Origin: Pseudomonadota bacterium
GTDB lineage: Bacteria; Desulfobacterota; Desulfobacteria; Desulfobacterales; RPRI01
Assembly (NCBI GenBank): GCA_043825875.1
Contig: JBDRRF010000041.1
Span: 35,888-99,887, forward strand
Length of the DNA: 64,000 nt
Direction of reading: 5' to 3'
Position 1 is the stretch's first letter. Each line of letters starts with the position of its first letter. The position numbers and the translations under genes are program-made. The notes under the pieces are model-generated. The model ran no database searches, was not told the origin of the DNA, and was given only the letters and a program-made list of their open reading frames with translations. Below, one piece after another: positions 9,916 to 19,130 of this stretch.

Positions 9916-11898
9916 TCATAACAGCCTGCCCACCCGATGCCCATCTCTTATGGCATCTCCTATACCGGAATGTGACCCGTGCGGGAAAGCACTGTCGCCC
10001 ACAAGGTGAAGTTCACTAATTTTTCCTCGTAATGCCTTGTACAATGAATCGTTTCGCTCTTTGCCGGTTATCAACACTACGGTGTCAATACCCTCAATTA
10101 TCCTTTCCTGATGTGTAAAGACATTGATGACCTTCACCCTGTTTCCGGATATTTCCCGGATGAGAGTTTGGGGAGTCAGGGTAACTTTAGGCAAGATACG
10201 GGAATAGACCCATGGCAGATGATTGGTAATAAGCAGGTCCGCACCCACGTAAAAGAATGAGGTCAGAATTTCTACCTGCTTGCCTTGGTCGGCCAGCCAT
10301 TCGGCCAAACCCGGCCCCACAATATAGCGTGTCTCGTCCTGGATTACTATTTTACTGCCGGCTTCCTTCCTCCCACTCAAGATCTCTTCCGGTGTTGTTA
10401 CATTTTCCTGTTCCCAACCGGAAACAGGAGCAAACGTACCGGGGCTGAAACCATTTCTGTAATAAGAGGCACCGGTAGCCAGAACCACGGCATCGGGTTT
10501 TGCTGCCAGAATTTCGTTCGCGGTTATTTCATGGCCAAGTTTTATGTCTACCCCTAATTTGGATACCTGACCACGGAGCCATCGTCCAATTCCTTCTATT
10601 TCATTCCGGCCCGGAAGCTTGGCAGCAAGGTTCACCTGTCCTCCTAAGGTGTTTTCCTTCTCGTACACTGACACCGCATGGCCCTGCATAGCAGCCACCC
10701 GTGCCGCCTCCATTCCGGCAACCCCTCCCCCTACGATAAGAACTCTTTTTTGCATCTTTGCTGCAATAAGGGTTCCTAAGCCTAGTGTCTTCTCTTCCCC
10801 AAGGGTTGGATTGACAGTACACTGAAGGGAGGCTCCAACAAAGAGCCTGCCTACACAATTCTCATTGTCTCCCAAGCATGGCCGAATATCTTCAAAGCGT
10901 CCTTCCCGAGCCTTGTTGGGAAGCTCAGGATCGGCAATGGTTGCCCGTGTCATCCCCACCAGATCAGCTTGTCCATTGGCAAGCACCTTCTCGGCATAGA
11001 GGGGATCAGTAATCCGACCAACGGCAATAACCGGAAGATCGTTTAAAGCTTCTTTGATGGCTGTAGCTCCATACAGCATATAGCCCACGGGAGCGTACAA
11101 GGGCGCAACTGCTATATGAAGCTGATGCGGTTCGATGCCTATATCTATGCTCAAATAATCTACTTGTCTGGTTTCCTCTATCATTTGGGCTATGCGCTTC
11201 ATATCCTCTATGGTGTTTCCTCCTGGAAACATCTCATCTGCATTCAAACGCACACCAAGGGCCATGCCATTGTTCATTTCCGCTCGTACGCACTCGATTA
11301 ATTCCCTTAAAAACAAGAAGCGATTTTCAAGTGAGCCACCATATCTATCGGTACGATGATTCCAAAGGGGCGAAAGAAACTGATTTGCGGCCAAACCATG
11401 ACAGGCATGAATTTCGACCCCATCGATGCCTGTCTGATTGATATTGCGGACACAATTACCATAGCATTCAACCCATTCTGCAATTTCTTCTATTGTGAGT
11501 TCCGCGGCTGTGATATTGTTTCCCAAGCCGGGAATGGCTGATGGACCTCTACCACTTCCCCATACTCCAATATTGACTAGCTCACAAAAAACCTTAGACC
11601 CATGTACATGTATAGCATCAGCAATCCTGGCAAGACCAGGAATGCAACGCTTATCGTAACCCAAAATTGGGCGAAACCCATGAAGGTATGGCTCAGGCAT
11701 CACTAAAGGCGCTTCTATCTCTATCAACCCCACCCCGCCTTTGGCCTTTTCAGCATGAAAATAGATATGCCTTTCGCTGGGCAATCCTTCCGGAGTTCCG
11801 AAATTAGTGCTCACAGGAGTGCTGACGATCCGGTTAGGAATAACTACAGGTCCTAACGAAATAGGTGTGAACAGGTATTTAAATATCTCTTCAGCCAT
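9916..11898 (-). CDS. NADH:flavin oxidoreductase, OYE/FadH (2,4-dienoyl-CoA reductase, BaiCD-like) family
   Basis: PNRIV, GGVGLI, EIHACHG and NHRTDRYGGSLENR TIM-barrel motifs, Fe-S segment CLGDNENC...C, GGGVAGMEAA FAD motif. Confidence 0.92.
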   Translation of the reverse strand: MAEEIFKYLFTPISLGPVVIPNRIVSTPVSTNFGTPEGLPSERHIYFHAEKAKGGVGLIEIEAPLVMPEPYLHGFRPILGYDKRCIPGLARIADAIHVHGSKVFCELVNIGVWGSGRGPSAIPGLGNNITAAELTIEEIAEWVECYGNCVRNINQTGIDGVEIHACHGLAANQFLSPLWNHRTDRYGGSLENRFLFLRELIECVRAEMNNGMALGVRLNADEMFPGGNTIEDMKRIAQMIEETRQVDYLSIDIGIEPHQLHIAVAPLYAPVGYMLYGATAIKEALNDLPVIAVGRITDPLYAEKVLANGQADLVGMTRATIADPELPNKAREGRFEDIRPCLGDNENCVGRLFVGASLQCTVNPTLGEEKTLGLGTLIAAKMQKRVLIVGGGVAGMEAARVAAMQGHAVSVYEKENTLGGQVNLAAKLPGRNEIEGIGRWLRGQVSKLGVDIKLGHEITANEILAAKPDAVVLATGASYYRNGFSPGTFAPVSGWEQENVTTPEEILSGRKEAGSKIVIQDETRYIVGPGLAEWLADQGKQVEILTSFFYVGADLLITNHLPWVYSRILPKVTLTPQTLIREISGNRVKVINVFTHQERIIEGIDTVVLITGKERNDSLYKALRGKISELHLVGDSAFPHGSHSGIGDAIRDGHRVGRLL

Positions 11899-11987
11899 AA
11901 TTATAGGTTCGTTATATTTAATTTATGCTTTTACTTGTACCGATTGAAAAATTACATTCAGCGAAATTTTCGTTTGTGTTTCCCAAG

Positions 11988-12016
11988 TTGACACAGGAAT
12001 TTTTTTAGTATAAATT
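11988..12016 (+). promoter_or_regulatory. Putative sigma-70 promoter of regulator copy 1
   Basis: TTGACA-17 nt-TAAATT (TATAAA at 15 nt); TCCCAA.TTGACAC is shared with the copy-2 upstream region. Confidence 0.55.
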
Positions 12017-12114
12017 GATAAATGAAATAATTTTCGAATAATTTTTTATTAGATTCATGTCATGTATGTGAGCTTCTTAACATCAATTACATTTTATGTT
12101 TTGGTATAATAATT

Positions 12115-13719
12115 ATGTCACATAAAATTGTAAAACAACGAAATAACGTTTCGCCTGAAAATGTCAGACTTTTCAAATCCCTTGGATCTATAATCAAAGC
12201 ATACCGGTTATGGCGTGGGATAAGCCAGGAGGTATTCGCAGAATCAATTAAAATCAGTGTTCGGCAATTACAGAATTGGGAAGCCAAACGTAGCCATGCC
12301 AGAATTGAGAATCTCCACGACATTTCCGAGTTCACAGGAATCCCGATGCAGGCTTTGGTGTCTCTTAATTCGGACCAACCTGTCTGGTATTGCATACGGA
12401 AACGTCGTTTTACATACTCTTTGATCGAAACAGAACAGTTTACCTCTCAGAAATTATTCAGGCCAAATGAAAAGCCGGAAGACCATTCTTTCCTTAATAT
12501 AATCCCAATTAAAAAAGAAAAACACCTTGATATGATTCTTTCATGTCACCGGGATCTTTACGGCACGGAAAAAACATTGCACCACGATGTATTTATGGAA
12601 ACAGCAAGGCGATTTCCTGACTTAAATGTCATTATCGTTGATTATTTTGGCCATTATGTAGGTCATCGAATCTGTTTGCCTTTAAAAATTGATGTATATC
12701 AAGCACTTATAAAACAAAAGACCATCGAGAACTATATAACAATAGAAATGATTAGTGACATTATAAAGCTGGGGGAAGGGGTTTTTTTTAATTATTCTAC
12801 CTTTTCTGCTAATGTAAACACATTATACAAAATGATTTTAGATGGCGTAGGATTCCTTTCCAAAATAAAACAAAAAGAAAAATACTTTCTTGCCACTCAT
12901 ACAGTCACAAAAGAAACATCGATCATACAAAACAATATGCAAATGAATTATGTGCGTAATTATCCTAATCCAAACGATGATGAAGTTTGCCCGGTAATCT
13001 ATGAGACAAAATTGGATTTTCAACTGAGACCTGACGGGCCTTTTGGATGGATGTTGCATCCAACAACAAAGAAAGCGTCTACAAATAAACTGATTAATGG
13101 AATCAAACAGAAACAATCGCCGGCCAATTCTATTCAAAACTCAGAGAAAATCTACCATCCAAGTGAAAGCAACCGGAAATCCAAAAAAACAGAAAACTGT
13201 TCGCCTTTAATAGTTGATGGATTGCCTTTAATAGTTGATAAAAAGAAGAATGATAAACATTCTGAAAAAGCGGAAACTTGCAAAAACCCCAAATGCACTT
13301 TATATGGTAAAATTAAACAAGGAAATATAGTCTCAAACGGGACATACCGGACACAAAAAGGAACGCCGGGCCGCAGATTCTTGTGCAAGGAATGCGGCAA
13401 ATCATTTTGCAGCAGAACAGGAACCATCTTTTATGACATACGTTCTCCGGAAGAAAAAGTTTTAAAAGCTCTTAAACTTTTGGTTAAAGGAATGCCTGTG
13501 CAGCATGTTGTAAAACTTTTGGGAGTTAAGTTTCATACGGTTCGCCACTGGCTTGAAGTTGCCGCTCTGCAAAAGGAAAAGATAAATGCCATTCTTATAA
13601 ATGAGCCGGATATTTCGCGGGCCGAATTAAACACTTTGTGGGACTTTGTCAAAACAAATTCTCTTCGCAAAAGAGCCCTTCTATGCAGGGCGAAAAATAA
13701 ATCCTATGCAACGGAATAG
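12115..13719 (+). CDS. Putative transcriptional regulator: XRE HTH + GNAT-like domain + IS1-family InsA-like Zn-ribbon/HTH
   Basis: N-term SQEVFAESIKISVRQLQNWE; C-term CKNPKC...RRFLCKECGKSF...GTIFYD...GMP...LLGV...TVRHWL; paralogue at 29288. Confidence 0.75.
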   Translation: MSHKIVKQRNNVSPENVRLFKSLGSIIKAYRLWRGISQEVFAESIKISVRQLQNWEAKRSHARIENLHDISEFTGIPMQALVSLNSDQPVWYCIRKRRFTYSLIETEQFTSQKLFRPNEKPEDHSFLNIIPIKKEKHLDMILSCHRDLYGTEKTLHHDVFMETARRFPDLNVIIVDYFGHYVGHRICLPLKIDVYQALIKQKTIENYITIEMISDIIKLGEGVFFNYSTFSANVNTLYKMILDGVGFLSKIKQKEKYFLATHTVTKETSIIQNNMQMNYVRNYPNPNDDEVCPVIYETKLDFQLRPDGPFGWMLHPTTKKASTNKLINGIKQKQSPANSIQNSEKIYHPSESNRKSKKTENCSPLIVDGLPLIVDKKKNDKHSEKAETCKNPKCTLYGKIKQGNIVSNGTYRTQKGTPGRRFLCKECGKSFCSRTGTIFYDIRSPEEKVLKALKLLVKGMPVQHVVKLLGVKFHTVRHWLEVAALQKEKINAILINEPDISRAELNTLWDFVKTNSLRKRALLCRAKNKSYATE

Positions 13720-13744
13720 AAAACAGAGGCCTTTGAAGCCCCCT

Positions 13745-13893
13745 CCCTTTTTGGCCGATTACTTCGTCAGACTCATTTCGCACGAATTGACACGTAATGA
13801 AACATAAGCACTAACCTTTAGCGCTAGCCCTTAAATACTCATTGTATTGCAGTGGTCGAAATTCTCGCCTTCCTTGTATTTGACCAAAAAGGG
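13745..13893. repeat. MITE/REP-like element with terminal inverted repeats
   Basis: CCCTTTTTGGCCGA ... TTGACCAAAAAGGG (12/14 inverted match), non-coding, between convergent genes. Confidence 0.45.
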
Positions 13894-13905
13894 TTAAGGG
13901 TATTC

Positions 13906-15423
13906 CTAATGTTTCTTACATCTCGGTTTCTTCCCGATCTCTGACATAGCGGCTGCTTTCATAAGCTCCCTACCATCTTTTGGAAGAATAAAGCCTTTCT
14001 TTACCGCCTTATGTGTTGCTTTGGCCCATTGCCATACGAACCGGCCGTGATTAGGGTAAAGCTCTGCCATCTTCTCCGATGTGAAAGGTATAGTGGTTCC
14101 AAAAAGTCCGCAGAAAGATCCCTCAGGTGGAATTCCAGTGTTGCCAAGCCCGCTGAGCGCAGCAATTGGCACATCTACTTGGGGCGTTCTTATCCCACCG
14201 CGTACGTTACCGTGCTGATCGAACTCAAACATGAAGCCATTAGTTTCAAATCTTGGGGCCACCGGCGGAACAATCCCCTTAGTCACCCATTTGTTGAGTG
14301 CGTGAACCGCAGCTTGCAGTACCCAGTGCTGAGGACCGGTGTTAACCGGATAGTCGCATTCCATCAGGCCTGGAAGCACTATGCTAGGTGGATTCTGCAT
14401 GGACTCCAGATCCATGACTGCGTCTTGCCCGTCACCGATGTCGGAACTACCGTTAAGAACTGAGTATAGGTCAGCATGGGCGGTACCTGCAACCTCCCAG
14501 AGCCGGTATATGTCGGTGTCGGGTTGCGTCACGCTGAACCCGCTGACGGCAACATCTGTCTCGGTCATAAACACCAAAACAGGAACATTCAAGTCGTCAC
14601 GGATCTGAGTCGGGCTCGGAACGTCTCCCGGATTAGGAACAGGCGCAGGAGTGCTATCCTGGTAAAGTGGCGCACCAAAATGCCAGCGGCTGTGCACGAG
14701 AAACCCGTTATACACATCCACTATCGGATGCACCGCATTTATGTATGTAACAAGGCGGAATGCAGATTGCGACTCACCTGCTGCAATAACCACAGTCGGT
14801 GTCAACCCATCAAACATAGTGGCAGCGTTGTCCCAAATTGCCTGGCCTGCCTGGGAGAAGATATCGTATGAAAAGCTGTCACCCGGATGCGAGAGATCCT
14901 CGTAGCGAGGACCGCCAAAAGCCTTCGTGCTGTTAAGACCTATCTCCTGGGCTGAAATGCCAACCCAGATGTATCCACTACGGGCTAACTCATTGTGTGT
15001 TGTCGTCCAATCCGGTGCACTATCGAGTCCTGAGGATACATTAAACCATTCCACAATCACAGTTCCATTAAACATTTTTGGGTCGATAGGCCGGTACACA
15101 ATGGCACGCGTCGTGTATGATGCGTTGGCATTCGGAGCAACAGTCCACTTTCCGTCTACACCAAAAGGTTCACCCGGCAACGGCACATAGGCATTTGCCG
15201 TACCTGAGATTAAAAACTCTGCCTGCTGGTAACCTATATCTGCCAAGTCGAATGAGGTCGCCCACAAGAAGGGCGCTCCATCGGTTAACGGACCTGATAC
15301 CATTGGACTGTCGGCTGTCGCCGATGCAAATCCAGGATGAATGGTTATTGCTCCAAACAATAGAACTCCTAAAAGAAGATAGCACTTTAGCCATCTCAAA
15401 ATCCTTTTATTATTCCTTGTCAT
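13906..15423 (-). CDS. Secreted alpha/beta hydrolase domain protein (tannase/esterase-like)
   Basis: Signal peptide, FNGTVIVEWFNVS, GESQSA nucleophile elbow, TETD, WEVAGTAHAD, GNVRGGIRTP. Confidence 0.8.
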   Translation of the reverse strand: MTRNNKRILRWLKCYLLLGVLLFGAITIHPGFASATADSPMVSGPLTDGAPFLWATSFDLADIGYQQAEFLISGTANAYVPLPGEPFGVDGKWTVAPNANASYTTRAIVYRPIDPKMFNGTVIVEWFNVSSGLDSAPDWTTTHNELARSGYIWVGISAQEIGLNSTKAFGGPRYEDLSHPGDSFSYDIFSQAGQAIWDNAATMFDGLTPTVVIAAGESQSAFRLVTYINAVHPIVDVYNGFLVHSRWHFGAPLYQDSTPAPVPNPGDVPSPTQIRDDLNVPVLVFMTETDVAVSGFSVTQPDTDIYRLWEVAGTAHADLYSVLNGSSDIGDGQDAVMDLESMQNPPSIVLPGLMECDYPVNTGPQHWVLQAAVHALNKWVTKGIVPPVAPRFETNGFMFEFDQHGNVRGGIRTPQVDVPIAALSGLGNTGIPPEGSFCGLFGTTIPFTSEKMAELYPNHGRFVWQWAKATHKAVKKGFILPKDGRELMKAAAMSEIGKKPRCKKH

Positions 15424-15615
15424 TTTATTCCTTCTCCTTTCTTATTTGTTATTGCAATTAAATCCGCCGCTCACCCAAAATGCAAAATATGGTGAACTGA
15501 AAATATTGCCAATCAGAAAGACTGTCTATTAACCTTAGCTAATCACCACCTCCTTTTTCCAGATCAAGAATTCAATTAATATGATTTGCAAGTCAATTTG
15601 ATCATTGATTTTTTG

Positions 15616-16482
15616 CTACATTCCCAAAGCCTGCATCACTATTTTTGAAATAGATATTATTTCGATTTTCCCCTGGGACGCCTGCCTCAATATGAATTCG
15701 CCATCACCGCAGGGAACCAGAATGGCCTTTAAATTCTTTTTTCCGGCTTCTTCCAAAATGCGATCGGGCTGTTGTTTACAGCAATACTTGTTGGGTAAAT
15801 CTACGAGTGTCAATCCTTTTATATTACCTAATACCTTGCGATACCTTGGCCAATCGAGATTTGTATTGTACGGAAACTGCCTGTGACAGCCTTCATAATA
15901 TCCCATTTCCATAGGAGCAATCTCAAGCTTTTTTTCTTCAAGCTTGTCCATGATTACGTCCCAAACCCACCGATGGGAAGCGGTATCTTCAGGAAAGGTG
16001 TTTTTTACCAAAGCGGCGCATACATGACACATGTAGACCATGTCTTTTGCTCCTAACTGTTTGCCCAAGTCCCAATTAATTTGCATTAATCCTTTACATT
16101 GTTCCTTTACTTTTTGCCGTTCTTCTTCTGTAATATCAATAAATTCAATACTATCCTCAAGCACCGGGGCACCGCAGCATAACTCTTTTTCTAATGAGTA
16201 GTTATATTCAATTCCAAGCAGATCCAGAATATTGAACATGTTGAGTACCTGAGATGGTATCCAGAAAGGAACATAACAGCCGAATGTCAGAAAGTTTTTC
16301 GCATCTTTTTTAGGCTCGGGAACACCTATGGCTTTTAACAGTCCTGCTCTTAACATCCAGGCAGGAGCATGATTCCCGGTTTTTTTAATATCCTCCAACT
16401 GTCCTTGTAGTGTTCTCCCATCTGCAAAGTACGCGATCAACTCTTGAAAAAATGCGGTATAAGATACATTTCTTTCTTTCAT
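15616..16482 (-). CDS. CCG-domain Fe-S protein (heterodisulfide reductase B/D-related)
   Basis: FGCY...CCG...CHVC and EGCH...CCK...CGDG; paralogue of 39163-40029. Confidence 0.8.
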   Translation of the reverse strand: MKERNVSYTAFFQELIAYFADGRTLQGQLEDIKKTGNHAPAWMLRAGLLKAIGVPEPKKDAKNFLTFGCYVPFWIPSQVLNMFNILDLLGIEYNYSLEKELCCGAPVLEDSIEFIDITEEERQKVKEQCKGLMQINWDLGKQLGAKDMVYMCHVCAALVKNTFPEDTASHRWVWDVIMDKLEEKKLEIAPMEMGYYEGCHRQFPYNTNLDWPRYRKVLGNIKGLTLVDLPNKYCCKQQPDRILEEAGKKNLKAILVPCGDGEFILRQASQGKIEIISISKIVMQALGM

Positions 16483-16488
16483 TGTGTG

Positions 16489-17322
16489 TTATCTCCTTTT
16501 CATAAAGTATTTCTCGCTGCTATCCCACTTAGAATCGTGCTGCCTGTCCATATCTATCGGCAATGCAATGCCTGTAATATCTGAAGCTGCGTCTGAGCAT
16601 AACCACACGACCGCTGCTGCAAATTTCTCAGGCGTCCTAAATCGTTTCAAATTAACCTGAAGCTTAGGATGTGTTGATATGCAGGCTTTATTCTTTTTTG
16701 TAGCAATAGGGCCAGGATATATGGCATTTACACGGATACCTGCCCTGGCATATTTCAACGCCGCTGTTTTTGTCAGCCCAAGAATTCCATGTTCAGTTGT
16801 TGTGTAAGTGGACATAGGTGGCACAAAAACCAATTCAGCGTCAGATAATTTATTGACAATAGTCCCGACCCCTTGCTTAAGCATTTGCAAAATCTCATAC
16901 TTCATGCACAACCAAACACTATTCGTACAGATAATACTATCCCAGGTTTCCTTATCGTGATCAGCCGTCAAAGGTAGAGGTTGCCCAATGCAGGTATTAT
17001 TAAATGCAAAGTCAATCCGGCCGTACCTCTCAATCACCTTTAGAATTAATGCCTCAGTCTCACTTTCCTGATAAAGATCTGCTTTGATAAAAACTGACTT
17101 CCCTCCAGCCTCTCTGATTATCCGAACTGTTTCTTCCCCTCCTTTGGCCAGAATGTCTGATACTACAACATTCGCCATTTCCTTGGCGAAAGCCAAAGCT
17201 GTAGCCCGACCGATTCCTGCGCCTCCACCTGTCACCAATGCTACTTTGCCTTTAAATTGCCCTCCCAAGCAATTTGGTGGTATTTGTATCTTTGGGGATT
17301 TTGGCAAAGCTACCTGTGCCAT
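16489..17322 (-). CDS. Degenerate SDR duplicate (pseudoenzyme or decaying gene)
   Basis: Close paralogue of 17338-18114 with YxxxK changed to YTTTE, NNAG to NNTC and two in-frame deletions; the homologous start is TTG at 17268. Confidence 0.75.
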   Translation of the reverse strand: MAQVALPKSPKIQIPPNCLGGQFKGKVALVTGGGAGIGRATALAFAKEMANVVVSDILAKGGEETVRIIREAGGKSVFIKADLYQESETEALILKVIERYGRIDFAFNNTCIGQPLPLTADHDKETWDSIICTNSVWLCMKYEILQMLKQGVGTIVNKLSDAELVFVPPMSTYTTTEHGILGLTKTAALKYARAGIRVNAIYPGPIATKKNKACISTHPKLQVNLKRFRTPEKFAAAVVWLCSDAASDITGIALPIDMDRQHDSKWDSSEKYFMKRR

Positions 17323-17337
17323 ATGTTTTTCCTACCG

Positions 17338-18114
17338 CTATTCTACCGTACAGCCCTGTGCTGCCTGTCCACCGTCTATCGGCATAGCAATGCCTGTAAC
17401 ATATGAAGCTGCGTCTGAGCACAACCACACTACCGCTGCTGCAATTTCGTCCGGCGTCCCAAATCGTTTCATCGGGCTCATTGCAGCAAACTTATTCTCA
17501 AGTTCAGGATGGGCAGCCACGTATGCTTTATTACCTTCTGTAGCAATAGGGCCGGGACATACGGCGTTTATGCGGATACCGGACCTGGCATATTCCAAAG
17601 CCGCTGTTTTTGTAAGTCCTAAAATTCCATGTTTACTTGTTGAATAGGCAGACATGGTTGGAACCCCAAACAATCCTGCTCCTGAAGATGAATTAACAAT
17701 GGCCCCGGCTCCTTGCTTGAGCATCTGCGGAATCTCATACTTCATACAAAACCAAATACTATTCAGGTTTGTACTGATAATACTATCCCAGGTTTCTTTG
17801 CCGTAATCAGCCGTAAGAGAAGGAGGCTGACCGATACCGGCATTATTAAATGCAAAATCAATTCGGCCGTAACTCTCGATCGCCTTTAAGATAAATCCCT
17901 CAACTTCACTTTGCTTAGAAACATCTGCTTTAACAAAGATTGACTCCCCGCCGGCCTCTTTGATCATCTGAACCGTTTCTTCTCCTCCTTTTACCAGAAT
18001 ATCGGATATGACAACCTTAGCCATTTCTCCGGCAAATGCCAATGCTGTTGCCCGACCGATTCCAGAACCTCCCCCGGTTACCAATGCTACTTTGCCTTGA
18101 AATTGTCCTCCCAT
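17338..18114 (-). CDS. SDR family oxidoreductase (classical; cyclic alcohol dehydrogenase-like)
   Basis: TGGGSGIG, FNNAGI, CMKYEIPQML, YSTSK, NAVCPG. Confidence 0.92.
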   Translation of the reverse strand: MGGQFQGKVALVTGGGSGIGRATALAFAGEMAKVVISDILVKGGEETVQMIKEAGGESIFVKADVSKQSEVEGFILKAIESYGRIDFAFNNAGIGQPPSLTADYGKETWDSIISTNLNSIWFCMKYEIPQMLKQGAGAIVNSSSGAGLFGVPTMSAYSTSKHGILGLTKTAALEYARSGIRINAVCPGPIATEGNKAYVAAHPELENKFAAMSPMKRFGTPDEIAAAVVWLCSDAASYVTGIAMPIDGGQAAQGCTVE

Positions 18115-18249
18115 GTCAGCACCTCATCAAATTACCAATTTGCTGCAAGATAGTACTTACTACTTACAGCATTTGTCATAATAATATTCCGATATCTTCA
18201 GTTGTCATCCGGGTATGATTAAGTATTTATGAAAATTGATATGGATTTT

Positions 18250-18777
18250 TCAGAGTCTGTTTCGCTTGGAGAGTTTTTTACCAACCAATCCGCTCAGCCA
18301 CAGTAAACCACCGAAAAATACAATACCTACAAAAAGCGCGCTAAACATCTGGGGAAAATCACCGTCTGCTTGCAAATGTGGAATTGTACCCACGGTGAGA
18401 AACAACATGGTGGCATTATTCACCAGTTTTTTAGCCCAGCCCATTACCAGGCAATACACCAGAAAAACTACCAAACAAAGAGCAAGTATTAATCCTGTAG
18501 TCCCGAAAACCTGCGGGAAGGCATGCAGTAAAAACGCTGTCAGCAACCCGGCAGTTGAACCGATAATACTATCAACAATCCTGTCAAAGCTCATCTGCTC
18601 AACTCCCGCCCAGTAAAACAACCACAAAAATCCTGCCCAGAACTCTGAAATACCCAAATAATGTGTAATGGAAAGGTAGATAACGACTACCAGGGCAACT
18701 GCAACCACCATCATCAGTCCTTTAACGGGAGAAATGGGCTGGTTTATCTTTTCCTGTTCCACTTTATTTTCATCCAT
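18250..18777 (-). CDS. Small integral membrane protein of unknown function
   Basis: About 5-6 hydrophobic segments, co-oriented in the operon. Confidence 0.7.
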   Translation of the reverse strand: MDENKVEQEKINQPISPVKGLMMVVAVALVVVIYLSITHYLGISEFWAGFLWLFYWAGVEQMSFDRIVDSIIGSTAGLLTAFLLHAFPQVFGTTGLILALCLVVFLVYCLVMGWAKKLVNNATMLFLTVGTIPHLQADGDFPQMFSALFVGIVFFGGLLWLSGLVGKKLSKRNRL

Positions 18778-18831
18778 AATTAAGTTTTCCTTATAACCAC
18801 TCCCCAGCCATGCTCCGATATCCTGTCAGCT

Positions 18832-19083
18832 CTATCCGCCTGCCAACGGCTTTAGTATGATGACACAATCTCCATCGTATAGAACTTTCTCTTTTGCTAC
18901 AGCTCTTTGCTTGATCATGAAGCACGTTCCTTTATCGATTGCAAGATTGCCGAGCTGCTCGCTCAAAGATCGTACCAGATCGCTTACTGTAGCACCTTTG
19001 GGCAACTCAACCGAATACGCCTCTTTGCCACCCATGGCCTTTCCAGGCAAATAGAACTTGACCGTAATAATCATAGCATCCAC
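18832..19083 (-). CDS. MoaD/ThiS family sulfur carrier protein
   Basis: Ubiquitin-like size, GATVSDL, C-terminal GG, close to an AOR gene. Confidence 0.88.
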   Translation of the reverse strand: MDAMIITVKFYLPGKAMGGKEAYSVELPKGATVSDLVRSLSEQLGNLAIDKGTCFMIKQRAVAKEKVLYDGDCVIILKPLAGG

Positions 19084-19130
19084 TCATTCAGCGATATTTC
19101 TTTGGAGATGTCCCAGCCATTTGGGCAGTG

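Noticed and set aside
9916..11898. Mycofactocin system, suggested by resemblance to mycofactocin-associated FadH/OYE proteins
   Set aside because: No mftA precursor, mftB or radical SAM mftC gene is present in the window
12115..13719. Active IS1-family element
   Set aside because: No DDE domain, the first catalytic Asp is lost, no flanking IS ends were seen and the fusion is conserved in two diverged copies
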